Origin: Phoronis australis
Taxonomy: Eukaryota; Animalia; Phoronida
Length of the DNA: 64,000 nt
Direction: 5' to 3'
Assembly (NCBI GenBank): GCA_002633005.1
Contig: NMRA01000188.1
Span: 418,921-482,920 of the forward strand
Shown here: piece by piece, positions 51,112 through 63,276 of the stretch
Numbering within the stretch: position 1 is the stretch's first letter
Layout of the letters: each line of letters starts with the position of its first letter
Program-made: the position numbers and the translations under genes
The notes under the pieces: model-generated
What the model was told of the DNA's origin: nothing
Database searches by the model: none
Seen by the model: only the letters and a program-made list of their open reading frames with translations

Positions 51112-52114
51112 TTACGAATATATTAACTTGCTAAGTCTTCTAACTAGCAAGTGCAGCTGTTGGCGGAAAATTTCATATCGCCAGTTGTAAATAAAGAAGT
51201 TGATGAGACTGCCACACGTCACTATCCAGTAAGCTATGAATAGGGCCACTCTCATCTGGGCGCTGTACTCCTTGTGTGGCTCATAGCCACCTTTCAGTAT
51301 CACTTGTATTACCAACACTGGAATGCAACACATTATAAATCCGCCGATGAGCAGAGGACTAGTGACAAAGTGTTTCAATTTTTGTCGACTGCACATCAAC
51401 TCGTGTTTTATAACCTCCTCCGAATACGCCAGCGTTGATGGGATGGTGCCACGAATGGCCCGTCGGTGACGAGTGACAATTTTGCGCACTTTCCAGAAGC
51501 ACACTAACATGATTATCAGTGGAATGCCTATTGCTGCCGAAGTGCCTGGTACTTGAGTGGTATTACCGGATTGATAAGACGAAGCGCATGATTTCACGGG
51601 TGACACATAGGTGTAAGTTCTCCACCCGGTTGGTGGCTGGATACAGCCCAGCACTATTAAGACAAATTGAACAAATATCAAACCAAGTTGTTTTCTTTTT
51701 GTCATGAAGAGTATGTAACGAACACCCTTTGTTATTCTGAAGTATCGGTCCAGAGTGATCATGGCAAGAGTTGTAATGGATACGTAGAACGCCAAAGTTT
51801 TCACTGTGCCGATAGATTTGCACAATTGATCGCCATACGGCCATATTCCGTAGTAGGCTGGTTCCACTGACTAAACCGATGACTAAATCGGTGCAACTTA
51901 TCTCCAACATAAAGATACCACCAAGTGCTTGGAGGTTGCTGACTGAATAAATACAGATATTTAACAGATTAACAATAGTGCAAAATAAACTGATGCTGGC
52001 AATGACAATGACGTAAGGCCATTCGAGCTGTTGGTCGCAAGGACAAACTGCCGTTCGAGCTGTGTCTTTAATTAGCGAGAAATTTAACTGCTCATTCTCA
52101 GCGTCCATCGACAT
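51112..52114 (-). pseudogene. Class A GPCR with a single 11-nt frameshifting deletion in TM2 (copy B)
   Basis: ORFs 51563-52129 and 51112-51867 together give the full 7TM protein. Relative to copy C, CGCGAAAGAAA is missing between 51870 and 51871. DRY and NFFIY are present. Confidence 0.88.
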
Positions 52115-53399
52115 CACGTCATTAACCAATGTCTGATGCCTTCCAGGAACTAGTGTTTGAATTCGTTGGTTCCGTCTACCCCGCCCCTTCTGGTCACGTC
52201 AATACTGCCAGTTTGTCATAATTAATGTTACGTAAATTGTAAGATGTGATTGACGTCAAGATATGATTGACAGCTTGGGTTCAGCCCTAAATTGACGGTT
52301 GGTTGTTTGGACATTTAGAATCTCGTCATGACAAGGTTTATGGCATTCACTTGCACGTAAATGAGTAATGGTTTATTCAAAAAGCGTAAGAAATTTTTGC
52401 TGGCACTTAAGGAAATGCATAAGCTGTACAAGGAAAGATGGCCTATGAGGGACCTTCCTGGTCGATACGGCTCTCGTGGCTGTGGTTTGCATTAAGGTCA
52501 TGTAGTACATTGTCGACAAGACTGTACATTTAGCCAAAACTATAGATTTTAACTCATCAAAAGTATAATATATTTTCTAAAAACAGAAATTCCGTAGAAT
52601 CGGATTTTCGACTCGGTACCAATCTGCCATTAATTAGGTCGCGCGACCATGGTTTTTTGTAACAAAAGTACATGATCGATAAGATCACCAAATTTCGCAC
52701 AACGTTATTGTTCAAGATAAAATCACAAATGCTCTGTTAAAGTTTTCTAAATTATCGTTTCGTTTTCGTTTTATTCAATTTTAAACTTTATACAAAAATC
52801 CTCTTAAAGTCCTACTTTGATAGCTCCTCATGCAAAACTGTCACACTTTAGAAAACAATTCCTGCGAGCATTTTTATTAGTGCATAAAGCACGATACCTG
52901 ACATGAGAAATTCCCTCTCTATTCATTAAACGTTCAAGAAAATAAAGCTTCGAGTCAGCATTACGCAAGGCAATGACGTGGCGAAGGGGCAACAGAAAGA
53001 GTCTTCGCCAGACCACCAAAAATAAAAAACTAATATGACTAAAAGTTACCTTTGCATTAACCCTTCGGCCTATGTTTGTTTCAAAATTCCCCTGTTAAGC
53101 ATTCATTACATATCTGTCATTTTGTTGCTGTTATAGCTTTATGCACGACTTTCCTCTAAACATTGCGCGCAGTGACAGCTGTATTGTGAAGAACGACCTG
53201 TTTTGCACCCTTGATTTCCCGACACTGGTGCCGATGTTTGTCTCAGAAAAAAGATCAGATCTCATCCTTGTCTCGTGGGTTTGGTCTCGTTTCTAGTTAC
53301 ATCCACCGATCCTGAGTCAACTCCTCTGTCCCGCCTGTTTCGCAGAAACTTTGCCGCTTGCCTCTTGCTCGAGGTGTCTGCCTAATTAGTCTGCCTTGA

Positions 53400-54440
53400 A
53401 GACGAACAAGGCACCATGGAAACTGTCGAGCAATCACCCTGGATATCTAATACTGTTGTCGCGAGACAGAAAACGGACGTTATTTGTCTATACGCCAGGT
53501 CAACAAGGCGATTCTCCTTCACAAATATCCTCTCCTAACACTCCATGAGTTGACTTTTGCCGGCTCGACACAGGGTTTTCTCAAAACTCGTTCTACGCTG
53601 CAGATTTACTTTCATATACATTTAGCTTGAGAAAGTCGTAACCTGACAGCCTTTATATTCCACTGTAGGCTTTTTCGTTATGTGAGAATGCCTTGTAGTT
53701 TATCTTCTGAACCTTCGGCTTTCCAAGAGACCCTTTTCTCAGTTGTGCAGTCCTGTCCAGGAACAACGCATCTTATCGACGTCGTTGTGGTCCAAGGCCG
53801 TGACCGGGTAGATTATGATCAGCATCTCCGAACCCTTTTGTCAAGACTGGCGGACCATCACTGGAGTCTTAATGATGAAAAGCTTCAGTTCCCGCAGTCT
53901 GAAATTGACTTCACAGGGTTTCATGTGTCAGTATATAGAGTGTTTCGTTTACAGTCAAATATTGAGGCTATCCTGAACATTCTCTCTCCGGACACTGCGA
54001 AGAAACTCCTGCCATTTGTTGTTGCCACCAATATCTATCTGAGGTTAGTCTCCATCTATGCTGACATCACTGAGCCATTCCACCACTGAGCTGCTTCGCA
54101 AAGATATGCCTTTTCAGTGGACTGCAGCTCAGCAAGTCATAACTCAATTTAAGGAGAAAGTGGCATCTTCATGGTTCTTTGTCATTTCGACCCCGAGCTT
54201 CGTACCTATGTGTCCACAGATGCCCCCAACTGTAGCTTAAGTTGTGCAGTCCTGCTCAAAGTGCATTATGGTGTCGAACAATCTGTAGCTTTCTCTTCTC
54301 AATTTTCCTCCACCAAACGCAAGTATTCCGCTTCTAAACGGGAAGCCCCTCCTGTATTTTCGCAGAAGAACACTGGCATCTCTTCCGTGTGGCAGATATT
54401 TCACTCCTGGCACCGATCACCAACCCTTATCAGCATTTTG
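53400..54440 (+). mobile_element. Degenerate Ty3/Gypsy pol fragment (RT-RNase H)
   Basis: SPWISN.VV, RQVNKAI, YVRMP..LSS.PSAFQ, a decayed YxDD region, LCHFDP....VSTDA and YSASKREA motifs. Confidence 0.85.
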
Positions 54441-57049
54441 ATGGACTATTTTTAAAAAAAGTATAAATTAAGCCCTTTTATGCTGTCGGTAACACAAAGT
54501 ATTGACTTATTTACAGGGTAAACTTCTCATTTTTTAATTTTATTTCTCGAGTATAGGTAAATACTATAGTTAACATCACTTCTCGGAAATCAAATCAGCA
54601 TTATACATGCAATGTACATGTAGGCGCGTCCGGCTACAGGGATGAATAAAAGAATACAGTGAGACCGTTTGCATAACGCACTTTATTCGGTAGAGCGATA
54701 CGAACAAACGCTCACAAGCGATGCAGTTACAAGTCAAGCGATGAAACGATGATACCGAACGAGCGGTTATCTGCAATAAAAACAAAATAATCTTGTTGTC
54801 ACTGTGAAAAATGGCGGCAACCACATGGAAGCCGTCATTGCAATGTTGCACTGGCCTATTTAACAAAAACATTACATATACTTCCAAAATTTCTCAAGCA
54901 AGGAGGTTGGCTGGACGCGTTCAGGAGCGGTGTAAATACATCATCACTTGTGACAGTGGGCCTGTAGAAGGTCTCAAAGCAATGCATCGACATTTTGTCG
55001 CAGTTTGTCACATGACTGAAACATAACTTTTGTACGGCTGTAACCTTTAGTAAACACCCTGAGCGGACTGGAAAATGGCAGTCAAATAGTTGAAAAGTAA
55101 AAGTCTCGCTTCGGTATTTTCTTTCGAACATCCAGTCACAGCATGAGACGTTTATCGTCGCCAGTCACCGAAAATATTTGTACATATTGGTTCGCGTTAG
55201 AAAAAAAACCAACTTAATCAGACTTTGTTCCAGTCGTTTTTTATGGAAAAAATGACCAGCATGTTCAACATGACGAGATAGCCAAAATCTGTTTTCGTCG
55301 CTCAAGTCGATGTTTGCGTGTACAATAAATTAACGAAACGGCGTAACAGATCCTCCAGTCTTCTGTCAGTTAACAACGATATGACCATAGATATATTTTG
55401 ATTAGATGTTCAGTGTTCTATTTTAATTTTAAGTGAATATTCGCTTTGCAAGCACTTCGCCAAGATAAACTTAACATGTTGTCGATTAAGTTGTATCTCA
55501 TGACTCGTGAAAACTTGTCGTGACGAGAGGGCCAAGCATAAATACATAATGGAATATTCCAAATATCTAGCTCGCAGACAGGCACCGAAGATGAAAATAA
55601 AACGACCCGTTAAGTCTCCCGTCAGCCCTGGTCCTGAATTTTCAATTTGCGCGTGCTTGACATAAGAAGTATTCAAAAGACAGTATCATTGGTCATATTG
55701 CTCAAAATATTGTAACACCCTGCGTACAAGCTGTTATGGTTAGACTGTGGAGCAGCAAATAGGTCTCAGAGGCCATGAAATCATGGGTTCGTTTCAACTA
55801 CGGCAAAAACCTTGTGCCGATCATTTTGCCGAGTTCTGCTTTAGTAACCTTATTCATAATACGGAACTTGTATCATTCACCTTGAAAATGGTCGACCAGT
55901 GTATCGAATACCATTTGTTGGCTTTCTCCCGCAACTAAGGCTCCGCCTTCCATCATATTACAGGCCTAACAAATACTAGTTACACCAACGATACACAATT
56001 AACTGGAGCCCGTACTATCTATTCTACTACAGGTAACCAATACCATACACAAACTGCCCAACTGCGACCATTAACTAATTAATCCCATAAGCCGGGTACC
56101 GCGCAACATATACGCCAAACAAGCAGCTGAATAAAACTATGACTATACGTAGAATACTGGGATAAATCATCCAACCAGAAGCCAAAAACAATTATTGTAA
56201 TAAATATTTATTGCAATAACTAATATTTATTATTGAACTAAAAATTTTCACTGGATTAAATCAACCAATCAGATGCCAGGAATAAGTACAGTAATAAATA
56301 TTCATTACAGCATTTAAGATTTATTACTGGAATAAATATTTATTACATTAATTATTCCTGGCTTCTGATTGGCTAAAGAATTATTACTGAAATAAATCGC
56401 GAATTATTACAGTAATAAATCGTACTTGGCCCACGATATAGGTTTAACAACAACTATTACCGGGGTTTTCCATAGATAAGCCCATGGGCGTGTTTTCGGA
56501 AAATGAAAATTTTCAGGCATTTCAGTAACACCAAATAAACGCCCGAGCGTGTAAACGGAAAGTCATAGCCTCGGCTGATATGAAAATATCAGTGATTTTT
56601 TTGCATAAAACTGTGTTTTTTAATTGTAAGTTCATAAATACACAGGTCGTCAACACTGTTCGTTTTTATAAACGATAGACGCTCCACAAAACTGAATTTG
56701 TGGCTAAAAGTAGCACACTTTCATGTTTCTTACGATTACTATGCCTGGACTTAGTTGTGCTACACGTATATATGTGTTTTGTGCCTGCATCTGTGATCTT
56801 TCATGATTGGACCACTTCTGGGGATTTGATCATATACCTGATTTGAATTATTACCCGTACTCACTGTACGACTCAAGACGGTGCTGCGTTAAATAACCGC
56901 AGGGACTTACAAGACACGACGAGATAAGATGGCTGACAGTGGGAGGATGGCCAAGAAAAGAGGACCTTTATCCAAACTAATCGACTCAGATAGGAAGAAA
57001 AGAAGGAAAGGTGTGCAACTGAAAGTAAATAAAAGAAGCATTTATTTTG

Positions 57050-57720
57050 GCACAGAGTATGATCGCCGGGAATCTTTCAGAAGTGAACTATCTGAGTGAG
57101 GAACCTGTGCTTAAGAAGATTGTAAGGGATAATGTTAAGGTGGTCAAACCAGCTGATAGATTGAATGTAATTATTTATTATCAAAATACAATTACGTCAC
57201 ATCGCCTTGTCGGGAAAAACAACCCCAGTCGTGAAAGATTACAACCAGGGACGAGATGTGATGTTGTTTGCCAATTCATATGTCACACGGACGAAAGTCT
57301 TCGTCCTCATTCTCGTGAATAGCGTTACATTGGATACACGGTGTATTCCATGCACTTGCAGGGCGGGTCCATTCAAGATCATTTTTACACCAACATGGCC
57401 GGAAAATAACTAGGCAATAAATAGTGTAGAATATCATTATTCGCTGTGTTGAAAATGAAACATTTCAGTTAAAGATTTTGAAAACCCTATCGAACATTCA
57501 CGAAAAACATGCGCCGAAGGAGCAAGTCACACGCTGGCTCTCTTCCGTTAAGCATCTGAGATTCCTACCGTGTGATACATTCAGTCACGCTCTCTGCTTC
57601 CGTTATGCCCCTCTTCCTGCTGTCACTGTGTATTTCACAGTTTATTTCAGTTCGTATTATGTTCCGCTTTTCACTCATTGCCTGATGAGGACACAATGCG
57701 GTCTCGAAATTTCGCTTGTG
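57050..57720 (+). mobile_element. Penelope-like GIY-YIG remnant (paralog of 16250-16910)
   Basis: LNVIIYYQN..., DVVCQFIC and RYIGYT motifs; colinear similarity to 16250-16910. Confidence 0.75.
57676..57720 (+). ncRNA. Minimal type I hammerhead ribozyme motif
   Basis: GC-CTGATGA-G-GACAC-aatgcg-GTCTC-GAAA-TTTC-GC: intact core, one mismatch in stem II, palindromic AAATTT in place of stem III. Confidence 0.6.
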
Positions 57721-57822
57721 TTTTAATTTGTTTGTCTGTTATGTCTCTTAGTGTTTTGCTACATAACTGAACGCCTAAAGAAAGGGGATTGTTTCGACAC
57801 TACGAGCGAATGTGTATTAGCT

Positions 57823-59185
57823 CATAGCGTGTTTTGGTCGTGATAGATCGGCCCGAAAATCCTCCCCTCCTTTTCGGGTTGGTCTAAATTCCTGAGTAAA
57901 CCTGAGATGCCTTTATTTGGCCGGTAACATGCGATTTCATGCTAATACACATTAGCTGATGGCGTTTAGATAAGAGTTGCCTAACGAAACAAAAATTCTG
58001 TTTTCACTTTTTCGCTCTTCGGATGGATTTAAACTAATCGAAGATTCGAAATTTTCGTACTGAAATTTTGACCTCCACACGTGCTCTCTCCGTAAATATC
58101 GATGAAGTTTTAGCTAAGGTCGCTTCGGTCAGATCAACCGAGTTTGAAGCAACTTTTAGTGTTTCTACGCGGTAAAGCGGTTTCCTTTGTTTTGAATTTT
58201 ATATCCGTTAAGATTTTAATTTATACTTAAAATTTCAAAGTAAGTACACAGAAATTAGCGTAAATCTAAGTTAAAATGCCTGACAAAATAACAAATTTCA
58301 CGAATTTATGAATCCGCAACGATCTAATTTGCGCAGAGCCACAATATTCTAAGTAATCCGTTCTCAAGGGTCCCGGGAGCACATGTATGAGCTGTAAAGT
58401 TTCGTCGTTTTATGCCGTTTCAAAATGAGAGTGACGGGTGACCGTGTTCAAGCACATACATTTTTGTCGTAAAGCGAGAATCCCGATGAAAATCGGACGA
58501 AAAATGACACTAATTTCAAGAGTTAACGATTTTTGTCGAAAGTAATGGCGAAAATCCAGAAGGAAGTTGGACAAAAAAATGACTCTAAAATTGTTGAAAA
58601 TTTACCGAAAGTTTTTAATTCAGAATTCGATTTATATTCCACGAACATTATTGTGATCTTTTTAAGACCACCACATAACGATAAATACTGCACGGCGGTT
58701 CGACCTCGACACAGTTATTTGGTGGTTATACCATCCACAAACACTCATGTGTTACAAGTTCTGTATCCGTGTTCGTTAAAAACGAATTGTAGAGAGAGTA
58801 TATTGGAGCGATCGAACGTGATAAACGACAGGTACGTTATAATGCGACTCGATTGTGCTTTTCCTGAACCTTCTAATTCTGTAGATATATTGGGTTAACT
58901 GCACACACTTGTCGAACAAGTGCTGTACATGTACTGTATAAACGTAATGTCGCGCGGTGTTATTGAATCGGAAATTTGGCCGCCGAAAAAGTTTCATAAG
59001 TGAATGTTGTGTTGAAGTTCAAGGCATCTCACCATTCACTTAAAAGTAGTTCCATTGCCAGACCAGGCGTAATTATTGCCGCCACAGCCGAGTGGGTAAT
59101 GAACTGTTGATATCGCTTATAAAAGCGTGTCAAGTTTATAGGCCCTGGAACCCCTGAGATTCTATCACGATCATTTCGCGTTATG
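57823..59185. mobile_element. Non-autonomous TIR element absent from the paralogous block
   Basis: Imperfect 25-bp TIRs CATAGCGTGTTTTGGTCGTGATAGA / TCTATCACGATCATTTCGCGTTATG. The flanks are contiguous at about 17008 in the other copy. Confidence 0.7.
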
Positions 59186-61052
59186 TTTCAAACAGAAAGT
59201 CCAGTCGTGTATTCAACAAAGTTTATGTTAACGAAGGGCTGCTACAGAACTATACATGCATAAATATACAACGACACACATACATAGCTACGCAGATAAA
59301 TACACGAGTAGTTTTCCGTATTTTACGAGAACATTTTTCATTTATAATTCCAAAGCAAACATAAACTGTAAAATCAGTAACACACATAATGTACTTTTGG
59401 AAAACTCCTAGCGTCAAAATTGACTGAAAGATTGTCGAAAGTAGCTGCAGATTTTCGTTCACCGCCTAAGTTGCGTCAACTAAAATGACGAAATCAGAAT
59501 GAGACAATGAAGTTAGGCTTCATTACATAATTACAACACTCAGTCAAGCGGATAACCGAAAATTCACAGCTCAAACTCTCGCGGCTATAGTCCGCATAAT
59601 CTCGGTGTCGCAAACTCTCAGTTGGCGTTACAGTCCTTCGGGTTTATGGAGTCACTTAAAACTGGACATGATGTTATCGAAGAGATAGAAACTGGTGCAA
59701 AACACATTAGTTTTTTGTGGCATGGTGTGGTTATGTAGGGCCTTAAAAAAAGTTTCAAATTTGGCAGACTCACATCGAAACATCGTAATTCAGGAACGGC
59801 TGATCGGATTCAAACTTTTAGATATTACATTTTATCCAATGTACTGCAAAGAGCTGTTAGGAATTGAATTAAAATGTTATTGATACCGTTGCTTTGTCAT
59901 GAATGTATCTTTCTTTATTGTTAAATTCTACGAAAACATGCCCCAATTAAGAGCAGATTGGTATAAAGTTAGTAAAAAATAACTTCCACAGGTTTTCCAC
60001 TTTGTCTTGGTCCAAATGCATGGTGTACACTGTAATGCCGACCTCAAACGAAAGCCTATGCTGTTCCCACTGGACGGTGACTTGAGCACCCAAACCGCTT
60101 ACATTCCGCCGCTTTACTCCCTTGCCGCACACTTGGTACCTTCTAAATAACTCAAATACTTGAGTCCACAATAAACTGGTAAAGTTTGGCTCACCGGCCT
60201 GTTCACTGAACGACGAACTGTCCTCCTCACTGGGTGTCGAACTGCGCATGTATTCACTCCTACTACACGACATCTCTGCAGGGCTGCTTACAGGTTCTGG
60301 GATGGAAATAACACCAGAACAGGGCTAATCACTGCTAGATCCCGGAATTGTACGAGCGACATTAGATGAAGGGGCTCCAGTCACTGTAGAGGCTGCAGCT
60401 CACTTCAAAACTGCACTCTTGGGTAGTGGCGACGGGACGCTGCCGCTAATCAACATCGTTGTCTTGCAGGAACTTCCATCAATTCCGAGTACACGTCTCT
60501 TTCGTAATCCGACGGCAGAAAATACTTTGCCACACACTCGGCATTTCTTCACTGCTTTGTATATTGCGTGGATGGGTAAAGCTGCGTTCTTCACACGAAC
60601 GAGCTAGAAGTAGGGCGGAGTGTGTCATCTTTCGGAAAGCGATGGTATACCCAAAGTGCGCGTGAGACGATAATGAGTACATCGATCTCGGAACGGAGCA
60701 ACCGTGCGGCGAGTTGACTGACTCGTAAACAAACGCAAACGACGACTGAACTTATCACAACCAAGGTTGACTGACTCGACAGCTCACGCAGTCAGGCTAT
60801 ATGAAAACAAAATGGTGGGAAATTCTTAACCCCCTAAACCTCACTTCCGGAGAAAGGCCCGACTAATTAATTAAATTACGGAAACCCGTTATTAACTGAA
60901 AAATACGTCTGGGATAACCAACGAATAGTATTTTTATAAAAAATCACATTAAAATGGTTGCTTTCTCTTTTTAAACATTGCAGTTGTACAATTGGAAGGC
61001 ATTCTTAGTTTATCAACAATAATTCTGCCTTGACTTGAATGGTTATTTCGAG

Positions 61053-62081
61053 CTAATACGCGACGGGATGTTTACAAATATACTTTTTAATTCTTCCCAG
61101 TAACAAGCGCAGCTGTTGGCGGAAAGTTTCACACCGCCAGTTGTAAATAAAAAAGTTGATGAAGCTGCCACACGTCATTATCCAGTAAGCTATGAACAGG
61201 GCAACTCTCATTTGGGCGCTGTATTCCTTGTCTGGGTCATAGCCCCATTTCTCCATCGCTTGTATTGCCAACATTGGAATATAACACATTATAAATCCGC
61301 CGATGAGCAGAGCACTGGTAACAAAGTGTTTCAGTTTTTGTTGACTGCACATCAACTCGTGTTTTATAACCTCCTCCGAATACGCCAGCGTTGATGGGAA
61401 GGTGGCACGAATGGCCCGTCGGTGACGAATGACAATTTTTCGCACTTTCCAGAAGCACACGAACATGATTATCAGTGGAATGCCTATTGCTGCCGAATTA
61501 GCTATTCCTTGAGTGATATTACCTGGTTGATAAAACGGAGCGCATGATTTCACGGGTGACACATAGGTGTAAGTTCTCCATCCTGTGGGTGGCTGGATAC
61601 AAGCCAACGCTATTAAGACAAACTGAACAAATATCAAACCAATTTGTTTTCTTTTTGTCATGAAGAGTATGTAACGAACACCCTTTGTTATTCTGAAGAA
61701 TCGGTCCAGAGTGATCATGGCAAGAGTTGTAATGGATATGAAGAACGCCAAAGTTTTTACAGTGCCGATGAATGTGCACAATGCATCGTCATACGGCCAT
61801 ATTCCGTAGTAGGCTGGTTCCACTGACGCGAAAGAAACTAAACCGATGACTAAATCGGTGCAACTTAGCTCCAACATGAAGATACCACCAAGTGCTTGGA
61901 GGTTGCTGACTGCATAAATACAGATATTTAACAGATTGACAATAGTACAAAATAAACTGATGCTGACAATGACAATGACGTAAAGCCATCCGAGCTGCTG
62001 GTCGCAAGGACAAACTGCCGTTCGAGTTGTGTTATGGTTTAGCCAGAAATCGAACTGCTCATTTTCACCGTCCATCGACAT
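61053..62081 (-). CDS. Intronless rhodopsin-family (class A) GPCR, orphan, 342 aa (copy C)
   Basis: Seven hydrophobic segments; N-glycosylation site NTT; TM2 LSCTD, GIWPY..ALC, TLDRF, TM5 IP, TM6 F..CYIP, TM7 NFFIY and helix 8 FR. Confidence 0.92.
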   Translation of the reverse strand: MSMDGENEQFDFWLNHNTTRTAVCPCDQQLGWLYVIVIVSISLFCTIVNLLNICIYAVSNLQALGGIFMLELSCTDLVIGLVSFASVEPAYYGIWPYDDALCTFIGTVKTLAFFISITTLAMITLDRFFRITKGVRYILFMTKRKQIGLIFVQFVLIALACIQPPTGWRTYTYVSPVKSCAPFYQPGNITQGIANSAAIGIPLIIMFVCFWKVRKIVIRHRRAIRATFPSTLAYSEEVIKHELMCSQQKLKHFVTSALLIGGFIMCYIPMLAIQAMEKWGYDPDKEYSAQMRVALFIAYWIMTCGSFINFFIYNWRCETFRQQLRLLLGRIKKYICKHPVAY

Positions 62082-62624
62082 TGTGTCTGCCAGGAACTAA
62101 TCTTTGAATCGGTATGCTTCAGCCGACCACACACCTTCTGGCAACGCCAATACTGTTCACGTTCCTCGTAATTTATACCTACTCAGGAAAATATAATTGG
62201 CGTCACGATAATGATTGACAGTTTGGGCTACGTAAGAGTTAGATGTTTGGTCATCAAACAAGTGGTGAAACGCTAGCAGTTTCAGTGGCTAAAATGCTAT
62301 TAAAAAGGATAGCCAGTCAGACTGAGGAATGTTCGTGAAGAGTAAGTTGTTTGTTTCCTCACCATCTGAGTCCCTTAGAATTGAAAATATGTCAAAACCC
62401 ACGTTCACTCTTTGCATAAATTGATTGATGTGACAACAGAACAAAGGCAACTTACCCCTGAGCATATTTGTCCTTTGAAGTTAGCAATGTGGCTTCAAAA
62501 CTGCTAGCAAAAACGCCAACTAAGTTTTGGGGTAATTAAAACTTTCAGGAAAGCGCAAGCAAAAGAGACCCTTACGATCACCGGCGTCTTTCCTGTTAGC
62601 GAATGTGCTAGCGAAAACCCTACA

Positions 62625-62890
62625 GCCGATTTCATAAAGGTGGTTTAAAGTTAAACCTGGTTTACACTGGACTTAGACCAGGTTTAAAGATAAACTGCAT
62701 TTCATAAAGATGGTTTAACTTTTAGACCAGTGGTCTAGTAAAACCTGGTTTCACTCCAGTTTAGACCTGGTCTAAGTCAGTTTTCATTTCACCAACGAGG
62801 TCTATATTCTTTAGACCTGTATTAAAATCTTAAACCATGTTTAACTTGAGACTTGGTCAGACCCAGGTTTAACTGTTAAACATGTCAGAC
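62625..62890. repeat. MITE-like array of GGTTTAAAGTTAAACC / AGACCAGGTTT units
   Basis: Repeated palindromic TAAACCTGGTTTA-type units starting at CCGATTTCATAAAG. Confidence 0.55.
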
Positions 62891-63276
62891 TTGCATGCAT
62901 GGTATAGGTACAACTGAATAATGCCGTGGAGAGCATTTGCAACGGTTTTAGAGCGAAAATGGACTACCGGTGTTTTCAATATTCAGTTTTACTATGACAC
63001 AAGATCAAACGTAGCAGGGGCAGATCCAGGATGGGGGGAATGTCAAGAACTTTTTTAAAGGGGGGCCAAGTCAACAATTTGATAATTATAGATTTGATAT
63101 CACTAATTTCAAGGGAAAAAAGAGGACTCCGGACCCCTTGACCCCCGTGGATCCGCTTATGCGAAGAACAGTACTTGCTGGAGTGTGTCCTGCGGATTTC
63201 TCAGAATACGACTGGTCGAGCAGGGCGTAAGCGCTACGGATTTGACTAAAGACAGCATCTTCTGATTCTTCTGACT

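Noticed and set aside
61053-62081. Opsin or trace-amine/biogenic-amine receptor assignment
   Set aside because: No Lys at 7.43 and no Asp at 3.32, so no gene symbol was given.
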